Part shown: positions 56,804 through 64,000 of the stretch, one piece after another
Numbering within the stretch: position 1 is the stretch's first letter
Layout of the letters: each line of letters starts with the position of its first letter
Source of the DNA: Bdellovibrionales bacterium
GTDB taxonomy: Bacteria > Bdellovibrionota > Bdellovibrionia > Bdellovibrionales > JAGQZY01
Direction: 5' to 3'
Assembly (NCBI GenBank): GCA_031426555.1
Contig: JANPLN010000054.1
Coordinates: forward strand, 14,409-78,408
DNA length: 64,000 bases
The notes under the pieces: generated by a model
Seen by the model: the letters and a program-made list of their open reading frames with translations, nothing else
The model's database searches: none
What the model was told of the DNA's origin: nothing
Position numbers and translations under genes: made by a program

Positions 56804-58615
56804 GTGGGTGTTTTAATTTCGGCACATAAAATTGCAAAAACATTTGGAATTCAAAATCTATTTAAAAATATCACCTTTTCCGTGGAGAATGGTCAAAAGA
56901 TTGGTTTGATTGGGCCCAATGGCGCTGGCAAATCCACCATGCTGCAGATCATCGCGCAAAAAATTAAACCCGACGTCGGTGATGTGAGTTTTGCAAAATC
57001 TTTGGTCGTTGGCTACTTGGAGCAAAATCCCACTTTTCAAAAAGATGAAATTGTGATCGATGCGCTTTTATCGAGCGCCATGCACCCCGAGGACGCGTCT
57101 TCTCAGGCTCGGGCGTATGAATTGATTTCGAAATTGGGTTTGGAAGAGGAAACCGAATACGGTCAGCGCTCCACATCCGATCTTTCGGGCGGCTGGCTGA
57201 AGCGTGTGGCGCTGGCGCGCGAGCTGATGAAAGATCCCAATCTGCTTTTGCTTGATGAACCAACCAACCATTTGGATGTGGTGAGTATTCAGTGGCTGGA
57301 AGAATTTTTATCAACGCAAGACGCACTGGCGTATTTGATTATCACCCATGATCGCCTTTTTTTACAAAATACCTGCGATATGATTTTTGATTTAGATATT
57401 AAAAACCCTGAGGGCTTGATTCGCTTCGGCGGAACTTACGCAGACTTTTTAGATCTAAAAGATTCTTTGATCGGCGCTCGGCACCAGCAGCTTTCGGCGC
57501 AAAAAAACACCCTTCGCCGTGAAACCGAATGGTTGCGTCGCGGTGCTAAGGCTCGCCAGACCAAACAGACGGCTCGTATCGATCGCGCCGGCGACTTAAA
57601 AGACGATGTGCAAAATCTTAAATTCGTGTTGCGCGACAAAGTTGTTACTTTTGATTTTGGAAAAAAAGACCACAATCCGAAAAAAATTATCGAAATGGAA
57701 AATGTCTCGCTCAAACGCGGCGAAAAGGATTTGTTTAAAAACTTTACGCATATCTTTGGCGGTCGCGCCCGCACCGGCCTTTTGGGCGCAAACGGCAGCG
57801 GAAAAACCAGTTTAATTAAACTGATGCTTCAGGAAATTCAACCATCGAGCGGCGTTGTCAAAATAACCGATGGCATTGAGCTTTCGTATTTTTCGCAAAA
57901 AAAGGAAGATCTCAATCCCAACTTGAGTGTTATAAAAACCATCTGCCCCTATGGAGATTACGTTCAACTTCAAGGGCAAGCAGTTTACGCAAAATCCTAT
58001 CTTTCGCGCTTTCACTTTCGGCCCGATCAAATGGATCTGCCCGTTGGGAAAATATCGGGCGGCGAACAAAGTCGCTTGTTGCTATCGCAACTCATGTTGG
58101 GCGCAAAATCGGTATTGATTCTCGATGAGCCGACGAACGATTTGGATATCGAGACGCTGGATTCCTTGCAGGAGGCCTTGGCTGAATATCCTGGGGCTGT
58201 AATTTTGGTTTCCCATGACCGATTTTTTATGGATCAAGTTTGTACAGAGATTCTCGCCATCGACGAAAAAAATCACAAGATCGAAAAATTTGCCAACGTG
58301 TTTCAATGGACCGAGTGGATCAAAGGGAATGCCGAGGCGCCTTCGGTAGCTGATGCTCCCATGATTTCAGCGACACCGGCAAAAAAATCGAAATCCAATA
58401 AGAAGCTTTCTTTTAAAGAGCAACACGAGTTCGACACCATGGAAGAGACCATTCAAAAAGCCGAAAAAGATTTGTTGATCTTGGAAGCAAAGATGAGCGA
58501 ACAAGGCCTCTCGCCTCTCGATCGCAAAAAATCCACGCAAGAGTATCAACAGAAAAAAGAATCCGTCGACGCCCTTTACGCGCGTTGGGAAGAGCTGAAT
58601 GCTCTTCTCCTTTAA
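56804..58615 (+). CDS. uup: ABC-F family ATPase (Uup-like)
   Basis: Two ABC domains (GPNGAGKS, GANGSGKT, LDEPTN twice), WLRRGAKAR linker, C-terminal KLSFKEQ coiled coil. Confidence 0.85.
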   Translation: MGVLISAHKIAKTFGIQNLFKNITFSVENGQKIGLIGPNGAGKSTMLQIIAQKIKPDVGDVSFAKSLVVGYLEQNPTFQKDEIVIDALLSSAMHPEDASSQARAYELISKLGLEEETEYGQRSTSDLSGGWLKRVALARELMKDPNLLLLDEPTNHLDVVSIQWLEEFLSTQDALAYLIITHDRLFLQNTCDMIFDLDIKNPEGLIRFGGTYADFLDLKDSLIGARHQQLSAQKNTLRRETEWLRRGAKARQTKQTARIDRAGDLKDDVQNLKFVLRDKVVTFDFGKKDHNPKKIIEMENVSLKRGEKDLFKNFTHIFGGRARTGLLGANGSGKTSLIKLMLQEIQPSSGVVKITDGIELSYFSQKKEDLNPNLSVIKTICPYGDYVQLQGQAVYAKSYLSRFHFRPDQMDLPVGKISGGEQSRLLLSQLMLGAKSVLILDEPTNDLDIETLDSLQEALAEYPGAVILVSHDRFFMDQVCTEILAIDEKNHKIEKFANVFQWTEWIKGNAEAPSVADAPMISATPAKKSKSNKKLSFKEQHEFDTMEETIQKAEKDLLILEAKMSEQGLSPLDRKKSTQEYQQKKESVDALYARWEELNALLL

Positions 58616-58664
58616 CAGCGAAGAGCTTAACGCTCTTCTTATTTAGTCAGAGAGCTTAATCTCT
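58589..58664. repeat. Three degenerate ~30-bp tandem palindromic units copying the uup 3' end
   Basis: GAAGAGC-TGAAT-GCTCTTC 58589; GAAGAGC-TTAAC-GCTCTTC 58620; AGAGAGCTTAATCTCT 58649. Confidence 0.75.
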
Positions 58665-58690
58665 AGATCCTTCGCTTCACTCAGGATGAC
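58665..58690 (+). repeat. Half copy of a REP-like AGATCCTTCGCTTCxCTCAGGATGAC repeat
   Basis: AGATCCTTCGCTTCACTCAGGATGAC; recognised from recall of widespread bacterial intergenic repeats; partner arm absent. Confidence 0.5.
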
Positions 58691-58701
58691 GGGTCGGTCG
58701 T

Positions 58702-58953
58702 TTAACGAAAACTATCGTAAATAATAAAAATCAAAGCGGTCCCGAGCACGATGATGATCAGTGCGGAATCTTTCCATGACGACAAATTATGACTTGTTTG
58801 TGCACTGCTTTTTTTAAAGAAATAATCATTTATTGACCGCAGCAGCCTCTGCGGCAAAAAAATATTATGTTTCTTTGAGGGGAAAAATCTTTCCAGCCAA
58901 ACAAACAGCACAATTAGTGCAAAAACTACCAAGAGCAAAAACTTTATTTTCAT
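58702..58953 (-). CDS. Small two-TM hypothetical protein
   Basis: Start MKIKF at 58953, just after icmF; two hydrophobic segments. Confidence 0.55.
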   Translation of the reverse strand: MKIKFLLLVVFALIVLFVWLERFFPSKKHNIFLPQRLLRSINDYFFKKSSAQTSHNLSSWKDSALIIIVLGTALIFIIYDSFR

Positions 58954-58960
58954 CGGCCCA

Positions 58961-61900
58961 CTAGAGGTTGCGACGGTACTGGCCGCCCACTTCAAACAGT
59001 GCTTGGGTCATCTGGTATAGCGAGCAAACGCGCGACGCCGTCATAAGGGCTGCAAAGATATTATCGCCCCTCAAGCACGCGTCCTTTAACTTTTTAAGCT
59101 CTTGCTCTGCTGAAGATTTATTTGTTTGCTGATATTCCCGCAAACGATTGAGTTGAAGATTTTTTTCTTCGTAGCTCGCTCGCGCCATTTCGATTTTTGG
59201 TGGAATGTAGCCGTCTTTGAGAGTGACCGGATCGACAAACTGATTCACGCCGATGATCGGAAGCTCGCCCGAATGTTTGAGATGCTCGTAGTGCATGGAC
59301 TCTTCTTGAATTTTTCCCCGCTGATACTGACTTTCCATGGCACCTAGCACACCGCCGCGCTCACTGATACGCATAAACTCTTCGAGGATGGCTTCTTCGA
59401 CGAGCTCCGTGAGCTCTTCCATAAAGTACGAGCCTTGTATGGAGTTTTCGTTTTTGGCGATGCCGAATTCTTTATTGATGATCATCTGAATGGCCATAGC
59501 CCGACGAACAGATTCCTCTGTTGGCGTGGTGATGGCTTCGTCGTAGGCGTTGGTGTGCAACGAGTTGCAGTTGTCGTTGATGGCAAGCAACGCCTGCAGT
59601 GTAGTGCGGATGTCGTTGAACGCAATCTCTTGGGCGTGCAACGAGCGACCCGAAGTCTGAATGTGATACTTTAACTTTTGCGAACGTTCGTCGGCGCCAT
59701 ACAAATCGCGCATGGCCACCGCCCAAATGCGACGGGCCACTCGGCCGATCACACTGTACTCGGGATCCATGCCGTTACTGAAAAAGAATGAAAGATTGGG
59801 AGCAAAGTCGTCCACTTTCATTCCGCGCGCCAAATAATATTCCACAAAGGTAAAGGCATTGCTCAGTGTGAATGCCACCTGGCTGATGGGATTGGCGCCG
59901 GCTTCGGCGATGTGATAGCCCGAAATGCTTACGGAATAGAAATTTCGGATTTTTTGATCGATAAAATATTGTTGAATGTCGCCCATCATTTTGAGAGCGA
60001 AATCGATGGAAAAAATACAGGTGTTTTGCCCTTGGTCTTCTTTGAGAATATCGGCCTGTACGGTTCCGCGCACTTGGTTGAGGGCGAAGTCGGCCACCGC
60101 TTTGTGTTCACTTTCAGTGAGGGCGCGACCCAGCTCTTTGGTTTTTTTCTCGACCTGCTGATCGATGGCTGTATTGAGAAAAAACGCCAAGATCATGGGC
60201 GCTGGTCCGTTGATGGTCATGCTCACCGACGTGCTCGGCGCGCAAAGATCAAAACCGTCGTAAAGGCGTTTCATGTCGTCGAGAGAACAAATGCTCACAC
60301 CGCTCTCGCCCACTTTGCCGTAGATGTCTGGTCGCTCGTGGGGATCGTTTCCGTAAAGAGTGACAGAATCAAAGGCTGTGGACAAACGCTTTGCAGGTTC
60401 TTCCTTGGACAAAAAATGAAAGCGTTTGTTTGTGCGCTCAGGCGGCCCTTCACCGGCGAACATGCGTTTTGGATCTTCTCCTGTGCGCTTGAGCGGGAAT
60501 ACACCGGCGGTGTAGGGAAAAAATCCCGGCATGTTTTCGAGACGTAAAAAGCGCAATCGATCGCCCCAGTCGCTGAGTTTGGGCGGTACCACCCGGCGAA
60601 TTTTAAGACCACTAAGACTTTTCTGCACAAGTGGCTGCGTAACAGTTTTACCACGGACTTCATAGGCGAACTGATCTTGTTGATAACTCTTTACGAGAGC
60701 TTCCCAATTTTTGAGAGCTTTTAAATCAGCCTCGGGAATTTCTGCTTGAAGTTTTTTAGAAATTCCTTCGGCGTCGCTGTTAGAGAGTAATGGTTTTAAT
60801 TTTTCGATGGCGCCGAGCTGGGAGGCTTTTTCGGCCGTGGCTTCGGTTTCTTTTTTGTAACGGCGTACATTGGCTGCGATTTCGGCCAAATAATTTTGTC
60901 GATCTGGTGGAACGATAAACTGGCGATGGGCTCCGCGGATGTTATCTTTGTAAGATTGGGGCAAGGCCCAGTTTTTTTGTTTTTCTTCGAGAGTGTCCAC
61001 CAAGCGAAAGAACAGCTCATTGCAACCCTGATCATTAAATTGCGCGGCCTGGGTTAAAAATACCGGGAGAGTTTCGTCCACGGCGTCGAACATCTTGCGC
61101 GAGCGTTTGTACTGCTTGCGGACATCGCGAAGGGCATCTAAGGAGCCGCGACGATCGGCTTTGTTGATGGCAATCAAATCCGCGAAGTCGATCATATCAA
61201 TTTTTTCGAGTTGCGACTGGGCGCCAAACTCGGAGGTCATCACGTACAAACTCAGATCGCTCACTTCAGTAATGGCTGTGCTGGCCTGGCCGATCCCCGA
61301 GGTTTCGGCGATAATAAAATCAAAATCGTATTTTTTAAGCTGCTGTAATACCAGCGGCAATGCTTTTGCGATTTCTGAACCCGATCCGCGCGAGGCCAGG
61401 GAGCGCATGTACACATTAGGTCTGCCCAAGGCATTCATGCGAATGCGATCGCCCAACAATCCCCCACCGGTTTTGCGTTTGGTGGGATCCACGCATACCA
61501 CAGCGATTTTTTTATCACTGTAGGCATTGAGGAAGCGTTGTAAAAGCTCGTCGATCAAACTGGATTTTCCAGCACCACCGGTTCCGGTGATTCCAAGAAT
61601 CAACGCCTGCGGTTTTTGCGAAGTTCTTGCAAAACCTTGCAGCGATTTTGAAGTGGCTTCTGAAACCTTCCCCGTTTTTTCGATTTCGTCTAAGGCGATG
61701 CCCAGATGGCGATGATCCAGATCTGTACGTCCTTCGACTAGAGAGTTTTTTGTTGTGGCAGCTGCAGTTGCTTCTTGCGTAAGATCGAAATCTGATTTTT
61801 CGAGAATAATATTGATCATTCCCTGAAGCCCCATGCGGCGTCCATCGTCGGGATGAAAAATAAAATCGATGCCCGAACTTTCGAGAGCTTTTTTCTCCTC

Positions 61901-62230
61901 GTAAATAATCACGCCGCCGCCACCGCCAAAAATTTTGACGTAAGGGGCACCGCACGTGGTTAAAAGATCCTTCATATATTTAAAATATTCCATGTGGCCG
62001 CCTTGGTAGGACGACACACAAATGCCCTGGGCACCTTCTTGCAAGGCCGCAACGACCACATCGAGCACGGAGCGGTTGTGACCCAAATGAATCACCTCAG
62101 CGCCCGAATCCTGCAACAACCGACGAATCATGTTGATTGTGGCATCGTGACCATCAAACAGGCTGGCGGCGGTGACAATTCGCACAGGATTTTTACATTT
62201 GTAGGGCTCGGTGATCATGGCTGCACTCAC
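58961..62230 (-). CDS. icmF: Fused isobutyryl-CoA mutase / MeaB-like GTPase
   Basis: B12-binding DGHD…HLGHN, P-loop GTGGAGKSS, mutase barrel [25 protein letters not shown]; 1089 aa. Confidence 0.96.
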   Translation of the reverse strand: MSAAMITEPYKCKNPVRIVTAASLFDGHDATINMIRRLLQDSGAEVIHLGHNRSVLDVVVAALQEGAQGICVSSYQGGHMEYFKYMKDLLTTCGAPYVKIFGGGGGVIIYEEKKALESSGIDFIFHPDDGRRMGLQGMINIILEKSDFDLTQEATAAATTKNSLVEGRTDLDHRHLGIALDEIEKTGKVSEATSKSLQGFARTSQKPQALILGITGTGGAGKSSLIDELLQRFLNAYSDKKIAVVCVDPTKRKTGGGLLGDRIRMNALGRPNVYMRSLASRGSGSEIAKALPLVLQQLKKYDFDFIIAETSGIGQASTAITEVSDLSLYVMTSEFGAQSQLEKIDMIDFADLIAINKADRRGSLDALRDVRKQYKRSRKMFDAVDETLPVFLTQAAQFNDQGCNELFFRLVDTLEEKQKNWALPQSYKDNIRGAHRQFIVPPDRQNYLAEIAANVRRYKKETEATAEKASQLGAIEKLKPLLSNSDAEGISKKLQAEIPEADLKALKNWEALVKSYQQDQFAYEVRGKTVTQPLVQKSLSGLKIRRVVPPKLSDWGDRLRFLRLENMPGFFPYTAGVFPLKRTGEDPKRMFAGEGPPERTNKRFHFLSKEEPAKRLSTAFDSVTLYGNDPHERPDIYGKVGESGVSICSLDDMKRLYDGFDLCAPSTSVSMTINGPAPMILAFFLNTAIDQQVEKKTKELGRALTESEHKAVADFALNQVRGTVQADILKEDQGQNTCIFSIDFALKMMGDIQQYFIDQKIRNFYSVSISGYHIAEAGANPISQVAFTLSNAFTFVEYYLARGMKVDDFAPNLSFFFSNGMDPEYSVIGRVARRIWAVAMRDLYGADERSQKLKYHIQTSGRSLHAQEIAFNDIRTTLQALLAINDNCNSLHTNAYDEAITTPTEESVRRAMAIQMIINKEFGIAKNENSIQGSYFMEELTELVEEAILEEFMRISERGGVLGAMESQYQRGKIQEESMHYEHLKHSGELPIIGVNQFVDPVTLKDGYIPPKIEMARASYEEKNLQLNRLREYQQTNKSSAEQELKKLKDACLRGDNIFAALMTASRVCSLYQMTQALFEVGGQYRRNL

Positions 62231-63009
62231 TTTAAGTTATTAAAAACGGGTTTGCGTTTTTCGATAAAGGCTTTTGTTCCTTCTTTTTGGTCCGCAGACC
62301 CAAAAAGACCGGCAAAAATATTTTTTTCGATGGACATAGCTTGCACAGACGCCAGTCCGTAGGTTTCGTTGATGGACTTTTTAATCAACTTCAGAGACTG
62401 CGGCGATCGTTGCGCGAGCGTGCCCGCGATCTTTTCACAATCTGCTAGAAGCGTTGCTTGCTCGCAAACCTGATTCACTAATCCTGTTTGCAGAGCTCGC
62501 TCCGCGGTGACCATCTCGCCGGAGAAGGTCCACTGCTTTGCTAACCCCGGACTCACCCGTCGCGCCAAACGAACTGTCCCACCAAAACCTGGAATCAAAC
62601 CCAGCGTGCACTCTGGTAAACCGAGCTTGGCATTTTGCGAGGCCACGATAAAATCACAGGCCAGAGCGAGTTCCAAGCCGCCGCCCAAGGCAAAACCGTT
62701 AACGGCTGCGATCACGGGACAGAAAAGATTTTCCAGCTTCATAAAAACACTTTGGCCAAACTGCGCAAAGTCGGAGGCAGTTTTGGAATCTAAAGTGTCG
62801 ATCTCTTTGATGTCCGCGCCTGCAACAAAGGCCTTCTCACCGGCACCGGTGACGATTAAGCAGCGAATGTCCTGGGTTTCAGAAAGCTGATTCAAAACTC
62901 CGTCGAGCTCTTTGAGGACTTGCGTGTTCAGCGCATTCATCGACTCCGGGCGGTTGATGGTTAAAATTCCTAGGTGGTCTTTTTTTTCGTACCTAATCGT
63001 TTGTTGCAT
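62227..63009 (-). CDS. crt: Enoyl-CoA hydratase (crotonase)
   Basis: [39 protein letters not shown]. Confidence 0.9.
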   Translation of the reverse strand: MQQTIRYEKKDHLGILTINRPESMNALNTQVLKELDGVLNQLSETQDIRCLIVTGAGEKAFVAGADIKEIDTLDSKTASDFAQFGQSVFMKLENLFCPVIAAVNGFALGGGLELALACDFIVASQNAKLGLPECTLGLIPGFGGTVRLARRVSPGLAKQWTFSGEMVTAERALQTGLVNQVCEQATLLADCEKIAGTLAQRSPQSLKLIKKSINETYGLASVQAMSIEKNIFAGLFGSADQKEGTKAFIEKRKPVFNNLK

Positions 63010-63024
63010 CTCTATTTCTCCTAA

Positions 63025-63882
63025 TCATTTTCCGTCGTACTTGTAAAAGCCGCGACCGTTTTTGCGGCCGAGCCAGCCAGCCTCCACGTATTTTTTGAGT
63101 AGCGGACACGGGCGGTATTTGCTGTCGCCCAAGCCCTCGTGCAGAACTTGCATAATGGAAAGACATGTATCTAGGCCAATAAAATCGGCCAGTGTGAGGG
63201 GGCCCATGGGCTGATTGGTTCCAAGTTTCATGGCCTGATCGATGCCTTCGACGCTTGCGATATTTTCGTAAAGTGCATAGCAAGCTTCGTTGATCATTGG
63301 CATGAGGATGCGATTGACGATGAACCCAGGCATATCGCGCCCTTCGATGAAAACTTTGCCGAGGTCTTCGGTTAAAAATTTAACGGTGGCAAAGGCATCG
63401 TCCGACGTTTGCAAGCCGCGAATGCCCTCGACCAATGTCATAAGTGGAACGGGATTCATAAAGTGCATGCCCACGACTTTTTCGGGGCGCGCGGTGGCTC
63501 CAGCGATTTTGGTGATGGAGATCGAAGACGTGTTGGTGCACAACAGAGCTTCTTTTTTTACTTTTTGATCTAACTGACGAAAAATTTCGAGTTTCAGATT
63601 GAGGTTTTCGGTGGCCGCTTCGATGACCACATCGCAGTCAGCCAGCGACGACATGTCGGTGGAGATTTTGATTCTCGAGAGCAGTTCGGTTTTTTGCCCT
63701 GCCGTCATTTTTTCTTTGGCAATCAAACGATCGCAGCTTGTCTGAATGGTTTTTAAACCCTTTTCAACTTGCGCTTCGCTCACGTCCATCATCGTGACCT
63801 GATAGGATTTTGCGGCAAACACTTGCGTAATCCCATTTCCCATTTGACCCGCTCCAACAACACCAATGTGCGACACCTTCAT
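63025..63882 (-). CDS. hbd: 3-hydroxybutyryl-CoA dehydrogenase
   Basis: Start MKVSH at 63882 after AGGAGG; GAGQMG, NTSSISIT, GMHFMNP, PGFIVNR, PMGPLTLADFIGLD. Confidence 0.93.
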   Translation of the reverse strand: MKVSHIGVVGAGQMGNGITQVFAAKSYQVTMMDVSEAQVEKGLKTIQTSCDRLIAKEKMTAGQKTELLSRIKISTDMSSLADCDVVIEAATENLNLKLEIFRQLDQKVKKEALLCTNTSSISITKIAGATARPEKVVGMHFMNPVPLMTLVEGIRGLQTSDDAFATVKFLTEDLGKVFIEGRDMPGFIVNRILMPMINEACYALYENIASVEGIDQAMKLGTNQPMGPLTLADFIGLDTCLSIMQVLHEGLGDSKYRPCPLLKKYVEAGWLGRKNGRGFYKYDGK

Positions 63883-64000
63883 AAGTCCTCCTAAAAGCTC
63901 GTAAACTCTCAAAATCTAGAGTGAAAAGCAAGTCACTCGGTGGTTGAAGCTCGATGCCAGCACGACGCGGGCACGACACAGTCACAATACTGGCACGACC

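Noticed and set aside
63959..64000. Three GCACGAC copies, the last within TGGCACG (sigma54 -24-like)
   Set aside because: Truncated by the window edge; the -12 element and any further repeats cannot be assessed.
63883..64000. Cobalamin riboswitch upstream of hbd-crt-icmF
   Set aside because: No B12-box-like sequence in the visible leader.

Overview
Chromosomal window from a Bdellovibrionota (Bdellovibrio-like) bacterium. The taxonomy is inferred from gene content: an Agl/Glt-type gliding cluster, IcmF, a VKOR-DsbA fusion and many lineage-type hypothetical proteins. Most genes are on the minus strand. Housekeeping content: partial Leu/Glu dehydrogenase, DEAD-box helicase, dnaE-guaA-guaB-miaB, lptD, the ffh-rpsP-khpA-rimM-trmD-SPOUT-rplS-rnhB-yraN block, thiolase/ScoAB, AcuI, Uup and hbd-crt-icmF. 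Accessory systems: (i) an 11-gene TolQR-motor/Glt-like envelope machine ending in two tandem vWA (CglB-like) lipoproteins, the second with its own promoter; (ii) an ECF-sigma/ZAS anti-sigma module with exported single-Cys MsrA and MsrB plus DipZ; (iii) an uncharacterised ChaN-like/GYF/TPR/FecR/coiled-coil cluster. Non-coding signals read by eye: a ~44-nt dispersed element, twice enclosed by an inverted copy of the neighbouring gene's 3' end; other REP/MITE-like palindromes; two sigma28-type promoters with identical leaderless geometry; and a decayed TetR-like relic. No rRNA, tRNA, CRISPR array, transposase or prophage was seen. All family calls are motif recognition, not database searches.
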